Of a stretch of 64,000 bases of DNA, positions 42,093-50,208 are shown piece by piece; the first letter of the stretch is position 1; each line of letters opens with the position of its first letter. The notes beneath the pieces are model-generated. The model did no database searches. It worked only from the letters and a program-made list of their open reading frames with translations, and was not told where the DNA came from. The stretch lies in contig JBDLRP010000032.1 in the NCBI GenBank assembly GCA_039799905.1, positions 32,001 through 96,000 on the forward strand, in the 5' to 3' direction. This DNA comes from Pseudomonadota bacterium. GTDB lineage: Bacteria; Bdellovibrionota_B; Oligoflexia; Silvanigrellales; Silvanigrellaceae. Made by a program: the position numbers and the translations under genes.

Positions 42093-42746
42093 TTGATGAG
42101 TTTCACTTCGCAGGGCAATTCGTTTCTGGCCGGCAACAAAAAGAACGACTCGCTTGTGGGCCGTGACGTCGTTTCGTTCTGCGGAAAGTGCAAACTGAAT
42201 TTGTCGCACACCGTCGTGACAGTTTCGAGCAAAACACAGCCTAATCGTGTTCAGTGCAATACTTGTAAGTCCGAGCACGCCTTTCGGGGAGTGAAATCGG
42301 CCAATGAACTCAAGAATCGTGCAATGGGAGATGATGCTATGTCAGAACGTGACGAAGAAGTTGATCTTGATTTGGACTCGGGCGGCAAGGCTTTGCTTGG
42401 TGAAGGTGCGACCAAAAAGCGCGCCAAGGCAAAACCCAAAGCGAAAAAATCGAAGGACGAGAGCGAGAGCAAGTCGAGCTCAAAGTCGGGTGCAGCAGCA
42501 TTGCCGCTGAGCATGCTCTCGGCGAGCAACGAAGACAAACAGCTCTTCAGCGACAAAAAAGCTGCCCTGAAGGCCTCAAAGGTGGCTCCCAAAGACTACA
42601 GCATCAAAATTCATTTGAGTGTTGGTGATGTGGTCAATCACAAGACTTTCGGTCTTGGATTTGTGACTGCCGACGGTGGTCTCAATAAGGTCGAGATTCT
42701 TTTTGAAGGCGGACGCAAGCTTCTGATTACAGGTCCGAAGCCCTAA
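42093..42746 (+). CDS. Hypothetical protein: N-terminal Zn ribbon plus C-terminal Tudor/SH3-like domain
   Basis: CGKC...H...CNTC...H and GDVVNHKTFGLGFV...VEILF. Confidence 0.7.
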   Translation: MMSFTSQGNSFLAGNKKNDSLVGRDVVSFCGKCKLNLSHTVVTVSSKTQPNRVQCNTCKSEHAFRGVKSANELKNRAMGDDAMSERDEEVDLDLDSGGKALLGEGATKKRAKAKPKAKKSKDESESKSSSKSGAAALPLSMLSASNEDKQLFSDKKAALKASKVAPKDYSIKIHLSVGDVVNHKTFGLGFVTADGGLNKVEILFEGGRKLLITGPKP

Positions 42747-43443
42747 CGTCCTCGCGCTCGCGCTCGCTGCTGTTCTGCGAAGACGCACTGAGATGCGAGC
42801 TGTCTGAAGCTCTCTGCTTCGGGTAGTAGTAGTCCATGACCCGCCAAATTGAATCGATTTCTTCGTTTGAAAGCCCGAAGCGCTTCGCGTTCTTGACTTC
42901 ATGCATGTAGGCTTCGCGTTCTGCCGACCATGTGCCGTCATTTTCAAAGAGCTCTTTCGCGCTGGGCTGAAGCGCCGGAATGACGCGACCAGCCAGACGC
43001 CGAGCGCTCAGACTCCACTGTGTCAGCTGATCGATGGCGACAACTTTGAAGAACGATTGCGGAACGTGGACTTCAATTTCATGTGCGAGAGTTGAACCAA
43101 GGACACCCCAGCTTGTAAAGGCGGCGGGGCCGATGGTCACACGTTTCTGGGGTAAAATGAGACCGCCTGTGGTTAACCCGCGGTCGCCCAAAAGAGAATC
43201 AAACTCTGGTCCGTCGACGGTGTCAGGCGTTTCGATCGAGAACATGACCATCGCAATGTCGACCGAAGTCTGACTCTGTTCTGGAAATCCGCTCGGCGCC
43301 GAGACTTCGACTCCGGCAATTGATTTTTGGTATTCTCGGTAGGCATGCAACTCACGGTTCGCCCTGACCGTCATCACAACCCCGAAGGCGCTCACCACGA
43401 GAGCAGCGAGCAGCGGCAGATTATGGACTAAGCGAAGCAGCAT
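42727..43443 (-). CDS. Exported hypothetical protein with zincin-like HExxxH motif
   Basis: N-terminal hydrophobic helix; LAHEIEVH with downstream EREAY. Start uncertain. Confidence 0.55.
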   Translation of the reverse strand: MLLRLVHNLPLLAALVVSAFGVVMTVRANRELHAYREYQKSIAGVEVSAPSGFPEQSQTSVDIAMVMFSIETPDTVDGPEFDSLLGDRGLTTGGLILPQKRVTIGPAAFTSWGVLGSTLAHEIEVHVPQSFFKVVAIDQLTQWSLSARRLAGRVIPALQPSAKELFENDGTWSAEREAYMHEVKNAKRFGLSNEEIDSIWRVMDYYYPKQRASDSSHLSASSQNSSEREREDVRASDL

Positions 43444-43716
43444 GACGAGCCCCACACATTTTGGCCGGTAACGCACCCCTGTGGGATCGTGCATCAGCGG
43501 CAACTCCACCTGGCCCTTAGAAAAATCTGTGCCAACCCGAGTTTGATGGATACTTATGCTGATTTGTGAGTGTTTTCCAGTCCTAAACCATTGGGCTCTG
43601 AGCGGAGGAGGAGTCCAATCGTGCTTTTGCCTGTTTAAATGTTGGACACCGACCATTTTTTCGCTTGTCTTTAAGGTGGTTCCGATGGACACCCGGTGCA
43701 ACGGGAGACGACAACT

Positions 43717-44400
43717 ATGGCGGAAGTGGTACTGGTCAAGGAACGGGTTGTGCTCGGAATTACCGGCGCAAGTGGGTCCATCTATGCGGAGTTGATGCTC
43801 CGGTCGCTACTTGCAGCAGGTGTCAGAACCTATTTGGTTGCTACAGACACAGCGCGGAAAGTCATTGCCACTGAGCTGCCCGAGAACTGTCTCATCGCGC
43901 AGGTCCTGTCGAGTGGCCTGCAGGCGCGCCTTGAAACAAATTCCGCCGTCGCGGCGGCTGCAGAGAGTTCGGGCCTGTCCGCAGAGAATATCGCCCAGTT
44001 GCGCGTGTTTTCGAATGATGATTTTTATGCCCCCATTGCCAGTGGTTCCGAGGGAGCGACACACATGGTTGTTGCTCCTTGCAGCATGGGAACGATGGCG
44101 CGCATTGCGCACGGCATGAGCACATGTCTTTTGGAACGCTGCGCTGATGTGATGCTCAAGGAAAAGCGCACGCTGGTGATTTCGCCCCGCGAGACTCCGC
44201 TGAGCACCATTCATCTGCAAAACATGCTCACCCTTGCACAGGCCGGTGCGGTTCTTGTGCCGGCGATGCCTGCGTTTTACAGCCGCCCACAGAGTGTTGA
44301 GGAGGTTGCTCTTTTTGTGGTCGAGAGATTGCTTGATCAATTGAGGCTGACGACGCCTCTCCGGCAAAAAAGTGTTCGCTGGAACATCCGCAGGCTTTGA
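43717..44400 (+). CDS. ubiX: Flavin prenyltransferase UbiX
   Basis: GITGASG, IASGS, PCSMGT, PRETP, PAMPAFY. Confidence 0.94.
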   Translation: MAEVVLVKERVVLGITGASGSIYAELMLRSLLAAGVRTYLVATDTARKVIATELPENCLIAQVLSSGLQARLETNSAVAAAAESSGLSAENIAQLRVFSNDDFYAPIASGSEGATHMVVAPCSMGTMARIAHGMSTCLLERCADVMLKEKRTLVISPRETPLSTIHLQNMLTLAQAGAVLVPAMPAFYSRPQSVEEVALFVVERLLDQLRLTTPLRQKSVRWNIRRL

Positions 44401-44479
44401 TCCCGCACGCAGGCTTCAGCGAAGTTCTTTCTGCGTCAGCATTAGTTTCAGCAAACAGAAATCGGATAGCGACTCGTTG

Positions 44480-44998
44480 TCATTCCCCAAGCCGCTCATC
44501 AAGGCGTGCGCGGCATGCCTCGACCTTGGGTTTGAGTGACGGAACTGCACCGCCGCAGTCCCAGTCTTTCCAGCCGGCACGCGACAATCTGATAAATCCG
44601 CAATCGGCATTTGTTTGTGGATCTTCGAGGTCATAACCGCATTTGCGGCCGCGCGTGTCCCATGCTGGCTGAGTCGGATGAAGTACGCCGCGCCCCGCTT
44701 CGGTACCCGGATACGAATCGTTGATTTGAAAAAGTCCGACGTGGACTCCTGTGCGCATATCTGCCCTCCCTGCGGATTCGCACAGGATGATGCATGTTGC
44801 GCGATTGCGATCCCAGCGGGGAAAGCCAGCTTTGTCGACGTAGGAACGCAGTTGCAAAAGCTCGCTGTCGGACATCAGCAGGTCGTCGCTGGCACCTGTT
44901 ACTTTAGATTCATGAGCGGATTTTTTTGCATCTGAAGAGCACGAGGCTGCAATCACAGTTGTCATGCAGAGTGAGAAAATCAACTTCATGTTTTTCAT
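44480..44998 (-). CDS. Lysozyme-like (SLT/c-type fold) lipoprotein
   Basis: Lipobox AAS-C; CES...GLFQIN...DPQTNA..G...W pattern. Confidence 0.7.
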   Translation of the reverse strand: MKNMKLIFSLCMTTVIAASCSSDAKKSAHESKVTGASDDLLMSDSELLQLRSYVDKAGFPRWDRNRATCIILCESAGRADMRTGVHVGLFQINDSYPGTEAGRGVLHPTQPAWDTRGRKCGYDLEDPQTNADCGFIRLSRAGWKDWDCGGAVPSLKPKVEACRARLDERLGE

Positions 44999-45168
44999 TT
45001 CATCATTCCTCTTGTGTTTTGCCTGACATACTAAAAGGTGTTTGAGGCACGCAACCTAAAAATTTTTTTCGTGTTTTATTTTGGCTCTTAAATAGCCGCA
45101 AATGCGAGATATTTTTTCTGTTTTATTTTTTAGTCCAAAATTAAAAAACTGCGTGTTTTCGAAATGGG

Positions 45169-45195
45169 TAAACTTTTCCTGCCGCATTCCGATGC
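45169..45195 (+). promoter_or_regulatory. Candidate sigma-28 (FliA) promoter
   Basis: TAAA-N15-TCCGATGC versus consensus TAAA-N15-GCCGATAA, about 30 nt before ATG 45225. Confidence 0.45.
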
Positions 45196-45224
45196 TCTTT
45201 TCAGTTTAGAGGAAGGAGAAAAAT

Positions 45225-46082
45225 ATGGTGTGCCGTTGGTTGGTGCCGCTTGGCGCCTGCTTTCTTGTTGCGTGTGGCAACAGTGATCCTGAAGCTCTCA
45301 TGCGTGCAGAGATTCTCAACGTGGGTTTCATTCCCTATGAAACGCCTCTCGAATTTGCGGGCACGGGAACACTCGTCGGTGGCAAGCCCTACGAGATGCA
45401 GCTCATCGCACCGCCGGAGAGTTGTTTTCCAAATTCCGCAGGTGGTTCGCCGACACAGTTGCGCGTTGTCGACAATACCGAATTACCGATGAAGTCGAAT
45501 GCCTTTCAGCTCACAGGAAATGCCCGAGTTGGTTTAGTGGATGCACTCGGCAGTGGTAATGCTCCCATTTCTGCGGGTGTATCGTTCAACAGGGCACAGC
45601 GTGTGGATTTCAGTTACACAAGGCCAAAGCGGGAATATTTTGATGCGATCAAGCTCACCGGCTTTTATCGCAATCAGCTCCCCGACATTTGCAAAGATTA
45701 TCTGGATAAGGTCGGCTTCATCTCGGAAGCAATCAAAGTGGATGAGATGAGATTTAAATTTTACTCTTCCAACGGTGCGGCAATCGACCTGACAGCGATT
45801 GATCCCAAGACGCTGCTGGAGATGAGTGTCGGCACCAGTTGGCAAGTTGTGAAAACATATGAGTTGGTCATTTCGACGCCAAAATACATCGGATACCGCA
45901 TGGGGCGTCTGACGCGCGGAGATGACGGTGTTTCACTTTGCCGTGCAAACACGGTGAGCAAAGAGGGGAATTATCAATTCCAGTGCCTGAACATGTTTCA
46001 GGACCTTGCCCGTCTGAGCAGCCGTTCGTTCACACCTCGCGGGTTCAAGGTCGGGCTCGACGACGTCCTAGAGATCGAATGA
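45225..46082 (+). CDS. Lipoprotein, putative gasdermin-like pore-forming fold
   Basis: AGGAAGGAG RBS and lipobox LVA-C. Segment pattern resembles bacterial gasdermins (by eye). CDS is secure; fold is tentative. Confidence 0.55.
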   Translation: MVCRWLVPLGACFLVACGNSDPEALMRAEILNVGFIPYETPLEFAGTGTLVGGKPYEMQLIAPPESCFPNSAGGSPTQLRVVDNTELPMKSNAFQLTGNARVGLVDALGSGNAPISAGVSFNRAQRVDFSYTRPKREYFDAIKLTGFYRNQLPDICKDYLDKVGFISEAIKVDEMRFKFYSSNGAAIDLTAIDPKTLLEMSVGTSWQVVKTYELVISTPKYIGYRMGRLTRGDDGVSLCRANTVSKEGNYQFQCLNMFQDLARLSSRSFTPRGFKVGLDDVLEIE

Positions 46083-46099
46083 TCGCATTGTTTCAGCTG

Positions 46100-47368
46100 C
46101 TATGCCATCCTCGGCGAAGGCATAGCAGCTGACAATTTTCTTCCCGCGATGAAGTCTCCAACGACAAAAGCGACCGTCAAAACTGCACCCAACAAAGGAA
46201 GACTCCAAACCCCGAAACGTTCGATGAGAAATCCGCTCAAAGGGAGAAAAATAATGAGCGCTAACCGTGTCAGAACTGAGAGAGCCGAGAGGACGGACGC
46301 ACGACGCTTGTCTTCAATAAGATTGTGCAGCTGAGCGGAGGCACTCAACGTGTACAAGCGGACGAAACCAAATAGTCCCAGAACGCCGAGTATGCAAAGC
46401 CAAAGTCCTGATTTGAAGTAGACTGCAAGCGTTAGAAAAATTGCAGAAGCACCAAGCTGCCCGAGCAGAACTCGACTGCCTGCGCCAGAAACCCGTTCAA
46501 TGCTCAGCGCCTTGCTTGCAATTGACTGAATCACCAGAATTGCGAAAAAGAGCGGTCCAAAAAAAGAGAGCTTGATTCCGCCAATGAAGAAATTCTCCTG
46601 ATTGTTATTCATAAAGAAGTATTGCCAATAGGGAATAATCAATTGGTAAAAGACTCCAATTCCAATGAACGGAATCGCGATTTTTCGAATCTCGGACGTT
46701 GTCCAGATCTGACGCAGGACCTCGCTGAGCTCACCCTGGAGCAATTTCAAAACAGTCGGCTTTGATGAAGATTTTTGTCCGCTCGAGTGCTCAGCATGAA
46801 ATGCCGAGTCATCCTTCATCAAAAGTGGAATCAGGCATGTGATCAGCAGGAGAAGAGCTGAAGCAATCCACCAAAACAGAGACGAATCAGGGTTGACGAA
46901 CGTTCCGCCCACGAGTGAAAACAAGGCCATCATGGCAAATAGAACGGCATGATAGTCGCCCAACAATCGGTTGAGCGCAGGTCGACCGCGGTCGGAAATG
47001 TATTTTTCGGCAAGATGTGCATCGAAGGCACCGTTAAAGGACGCAAGTGACAAAGCATTCAATCCCTCTGCAAGAAGAAGGACCCAGAAAGTGGAACCCG
47101 CAGCCGTCAGAGCCAACCAGGATGCTCCCGCTGCACTCCCCAAAATAAGACAGACTCGGCGTCCTCTGCGGTCTGCAAGAACGCCCAAAGGAAAGTCCAG
47201 AAGCATTAGAAGCAAGGCTTGGAACGATTTCATCAGTCCAAGTTCACCCGCAGTAATTCCTTTGCTCAGTAAGTACAGTGCCGATGTGGCTCCAATGAGC
47301 ATTCGGGCACTTGAAAAGACCAGCCCGATGGCTGCAACGCTGTTTATTGACGTGAGCATACTTCGCAT
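46100..47368 (-). CDS. mccC: MFS exporter, MccC-like
   Basis: About 12 TM segments, MFS motif GVLADRRGRR, overlaps the mccB stop. Confidence 0.8.
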   Translation of the reverse strand: MRSMLTSINSVAAIGLVFSSARMLIGATSALYLLSKGITAGELGLMKSFQALLLMLLDFPLGVLADRRGRRVCLILGSAAGASWLALTAAGSTFWVLLLAEGLNALSLASFNGAFDAHLAEKYISDRGRPALNRLLGDYHAVLFAMMALFSLVGGTFVNPDSSLFWWIASALLLLITCLIPLLMKDDSAFHAEHSSGQKSSSKPTVLKLLQGELSEVLRQIWTTSEIRKIAIPFIGIGVFYQLIIPYWQYFFMNNNQENFFIGGIKLSFFGPLFFAILVIQSIASKALSIERVSGAGSRVLLGQLGASAIFLTLAVYFKSGLWLCILGVLGLFGFVRLYTLSASAQLHNLIEDKRRASVLSALSVLTRLALIIFLPLSGFLIERFGVWSLPLLGAVLTVAFVVGDFIAGRKLSAAMPSPRMA

Positions 47369-48384
47369 GACAGGCTCCGAGAAAAGTTTTGCTTTTGGAT
47401 TTCCAAGCTGTGTGAATAAAAGCCCAAGCGTTGATTCAATGAATGGACCTCGCCGACTCCGGTCAAAAAATTCATGATATCGCGTGCTGCGAGTGCCGCG
47501 GCCATCTGATTGATGGGGCCCGATGACGCCGGACGATGCCGGGCATTTACCTTTTTAAGAAGATCCGTGAATGACGCATCATCCGAGTTAAAACTCGCAT
47601 AAACCTTGCTGCATTCGTGACAGCCGGTTTGCTGCGGCACAACCAATGGGCCCCAAATTGCAATATCAGCGCAGTATCCGACGTTTATGTAAGGAATTTT
47701 TCTGCGCACGGATTCTCTGTTTACCCAGAATAACAGTTCCGACGGAGAATCTGCCGACAGCACCCAGAGATCAGCATCTGGAAGATGCGAAGTCGCGATC
47801 TCTTCACTCAAATCCAGCTCAGCGGTGTGGATCTCAACTTCTGAGTTTCTCTCCGAGAGTTCACGGGCAAGGACTTCGATTTTCTTTTCGCCAACGTGTT
47901 GCTCTTTGAAAACAAATTGGCGTGTCAGATTTGAGAGCTCAATTGTATCGAAGTCGACCAAATACATTCTGCCAACCCCGGCGGTGGCAAGTTGCATGGC
48001 CACGGCGTTGCCAATTCCACCACATCCAATCACTGCAACAGTGGACTCAGCCAATCGATGCTGCGAACGACTTGGTTGTGCATCTCCCATCAAGGAGAAA
48101 AACAGTGCATTTCTTGAATAACGACCTGCGGTGGTAATATCGGAAGAAGACATCAATAGAGCTGAATCTCGAAGGCGCTCGTAGGCCTTCTTCAAGTCTT
48201 CTGAACCAGCCAGATCACTTTCAATCTCGGTTGTAGAACGCGGTTCCAGAAAATATTTGAGCACACTCTTGAATGCTGACTTTTCAGAGGCTTCAGAGGT
48301 TGTGATTCTGCAACGTCCCGCTCCCAATATGAGGGTTTCTCCGCGGAATCCTGCTTGTACATATGGGGCGAGTTCAACTTGCAT
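47344..48384 (-). CDS. mccB: Microcin C-type peptide adenylyltransferase (ThiF/E1-like, MccB)
   Basis: N-terminal clamp region, RYSRN, GCGGIG, SNLTRQ, ADLWVLSAD, PYINVGY, GPLVVP, Zn ligands CHEC and CEVC; collinear with E. coli MccB as recalled. Alternative TTG start at 48399. Confidence 0.9.
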   Translation of the reverse strand: MQVELAPYVQAGFRGETLILGAGRCRITTSEASEKSAFKSVLKYFLEPRSTTEIESDLAGSEDLKKAYERLRDSALLMSSSDITTAGRYSRNALFFSLMGDAQPSRSQHRLAESTVAVIGCGGIGNAVAMQLATAGVGRMYLVDFDTIELSNLTRQFVFKEQHVGEKKIEVLARELSERNSEVEIHTAELDLSEEIATSHLPDADLWVLSADSPSELLFWVNRESVRRKIPYINVGYCADIAIWGPLVVPQQTGCHECSKVYASFNSDDASFTDLLKKVNARHRPASSGPINQMAAALAARDIMNFLTGVGEVHSLNQRLGFYSHSLEIQKQNFSRSLSCEVCSRQ

Positions 48385-48415
48385 GATTTTGAGTTCCAAA
48401 AACGGTGGAATGAGA

Positions 48416-48452
48416 AAAATAGTGAGCCCCTCGACAATCGTTGAGGGGCTCA
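48416..48452 (-). terminator. Terminator-like hairpin between mccA and mccB
   Basis: TGAGCCCCTC-AACGATTGTC-GAGGGGCTCA (perfect 10-bp stem) followed by CTATTTTTC on the minus strand. Confidence 0.8.
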
Positions 48453-48465
48453 GTTCAGCAGACGC

Positions 48466-48489
48466 TTAGTTACGAACGATGAAATCCAC
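48466..48489 (-). CDS. mccA: Microcin C-like heptapeptide precursor MDFIVRN
   Basis: AGGAGG-N5-GTG GAT TTC ATC GTT CGT AAC TAA; 7 codons ending in Asn, directly upstream of mccB. Confidence 0.9.
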   Translation of the reverse strand: MDFIVRN

Positions 48490-48536
48490 GGGACCCTCCT
48501 GTCATTGACGCTGTGATGTGTAACCAAGAATCGGTT

Positions 48537-48553
48537 AGCAACTGGCGTGCCAA
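48537..48553 (-). promoter_or_regulatory. Sigma-54 (-24/-12) promoter of the mcc operon
   Basis: TTGGCACG-CCAG-TTGCT matches YTGGCACG-N4-TTGCW exactly, 47 nt upstream of the mccA start. Confidence 0.8.
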
Positions 48554-48756
48554 GTGATCGGGATGGCTATTTGATCAATAAAATAATGTGCTTATAGAAA
48601 AATGGGATTTCGAAGGAGCATTGTTCATGAATCGTTTGAATCACCTGTCCGATTTCCAACCAGAATCTGGCTGAAAACCGTTCATGCGATCGTGGGCGCT
48701 TGCGTGATGACTTTCAATGACTTCTGGATGTGCTGACAGTCTACAAACGATTGGCG

Positions 48757-50070
48757 TCAGCTGCGGGGCAATCGTATAAGAACCTTGTCGACACGGTTGC
48801 CATCCATGTCGATGACTTCGTAGCTGACATCATCAGATTCAAATGCGTCGCCGGTTTTTGGAATTTTTCCCAGCTCACTCAGGATGAAGCCTGCAACCGT
48901 GTGAAAGTTTCCGCTGTCTTCGCCGCGGAGCTTTGCGAGCTTGAGTTTTTCACGCAGTTCTTCAACGGTGACAAGGCCATCGACGATCCACGTACCGTCC
49001 TGCCGCTTGACGATTGTCGTCGACTTGTCATCCATGGTGTCGGCAAAGTCGCCGACGATGGCGCGCAGGATGTCGGTGAGTGTGAGCACGCCCTGAACAT
49101 TTCCGTATTCATCTACGACAAAGGCGAAGTGCGTCGCCGAATTTCGGAACAGTTCGACGCTGCGCGACGCGTCCGCGTTTTCCGGCAGGTAAAGTGCTTG
49201 TTCCAGATAAAGGGTCAGGTCGAAGGGTTGGCCCAGAAGTTGCCTGCTGAGAATGTCCTTGACGTGAATGACGCCTACAACGTTGTCGAGAGATCCTTTG
49301 ACAACAGGAAAATGTGAGTGTCGCGCATCAATAATCTTCTTACGATTTTTTTCAGCCGGGTCATCGATGTCGAGCCAGACGACTTCGGGGCGTGTTGTCA
49401 TGAACGAGCTGATGCGTGCTTCGCTGAACTCGATGACGCCTTGAACCATGCGTCGTTCAGTTGCATCAAATGCGCCGGTGCTGGCTGATTCCTGTAGCAG
49501 AGATTTGATTTCTTCCGGACTCACCGGTTGCGCTTTTCCGTTCACACTCAATCCAAGGAGTTTGCAAACGGCATCTGTGCACAGGGCGAAAGCTCGCACG
49601 AGCGGATGAAAAACTCGGGCGATCAGCAGGACAGGGCGTCCGGCCCATCGGGCGATGGTGTTGGGCGAGTGCAGAGCAATGCGTTTTGGCACCAGCTCGC
49701 CAAAAATGACGCTGACGACCGTGATGACCAGCACGACAAAAAGCGAGGCGAGCCAGCGGCTTTGCGTCTCTGGGACCTCGAGTTGCATTAGAAACGCATT
49801 GATATGCTTCACAAAGGTGGCGCCAGAGTAAACACCGGTCGACAGAGCGATTAGGGTCATGCCGATTTGAACTGTTGAAAGAAGTTCCGCCGGACGCTGG
49901 TTGAGGTCCAACGCGGCCGTGGCTCCCAGATCCCCTTCGCGTGAGAATTTTTCAAGGCTGGCCTTGCTCGCTGAGAGCAGAGAAATCTCGGCCATGGCAA
50001 AAAAGCCATTGAGAACGACCAAACCCGACAAGATTATGAGCTCTGTCATGAATGCAGGAGATTCGATCAT
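48757..50070 (-). CDS. Hemolysin/CNNM family protein (DUF21 + CBS pair + CorC domain)
   Basis: NGFFAMAE, LSTVQIG, GELVPK, HSHFPV, VDEYG, DGNRVDKV. Confidence 0.93.
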   Translation of the reverse strand: MIESPAFMTELIILSGLVVLNGFFAMAEISLLSASKASLEKFSREGDLGATAALDLNQRPAELLSTVQIGMTLIALSTGVYSGATFVKHINAFLMQLEVPETQSRWLASLFVVLVITVVSVIFGELVPKRIALHSPNTIARWAGRPVLLIARVFHPLVRAFALCTDAVCKLLGLSVNGKAQPVSPEEIKSLLQESASTGAFDATERRMVQGVIEFSEARISSFMTTRPEVVWLDIDDPAEKNRKKIIDARHSHFPVVKGSLDNVVGVIHVKDILSRQLLGQPFDLTLYLEQALYLPENADASRSVELFRNSATHFAFVVDEYGNVQGVLTLTDILRAIVGDFADTMDDKSTTIVKRQDGTWIVDGLVTVEELREKLKLAKLRGEDSGNFHTVAGFILSELGKIPKTGDAFESDDVSYEVIDMDGNRVDKVLIRLPRS

Positions 50071-50123
50071 GTGCGTTCCACCCTTGACTTCCGGATTGCG
50101 CTAGCATACCACAGCCTCGCCGT

Positions 50124-50208
50124 GCGCAGATGGCGAAATTGGTAGACGCACTCGTTTCAGGTGCGAGCGCCGCAAGGCATGAGAGTTCGAGTCTCTCTCT
50201 GCGCACCA
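50124..50208 (+). tRNA. tRNA-Leu (anticodon CAG)
   Basis: Acceptor GCGCAGA/TCTGCGC, anticodon arm CTCGT-TTCAGGT-GCGAG, long variable arm, encoded CCA. Confidence 0.96.

Noticed and set aside
48470..48505. Alternative minus-strand micro-ORF MTGGSRGFHRS overlapping mccA
   Set aside because: No RBS and no terminal Asn; the AGGAGG inside it is correctly spaced for the GTG start of MDFIVRN.
48627..48674. Plus-strand 15-codon ORF MNRLNHLSDFQPESG after AAGGAG
   Set aside because: Has an RBS-like motif but is divergent from the operon, lacks a terminal Asn and has no other support; could be chance.
48757..50070. Hemolysin-family gene as part of the toxin islet
   Set aside because: The DUF21-CBS-CorC architecture is a widespread Mg2+/ion homeostasis protein, not a toxin.
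50124..50208. tRNA genes as prophage or island integration sites
   Set aside because: No integrase, transposase or duplicated tRNA 3' end seen in the window.
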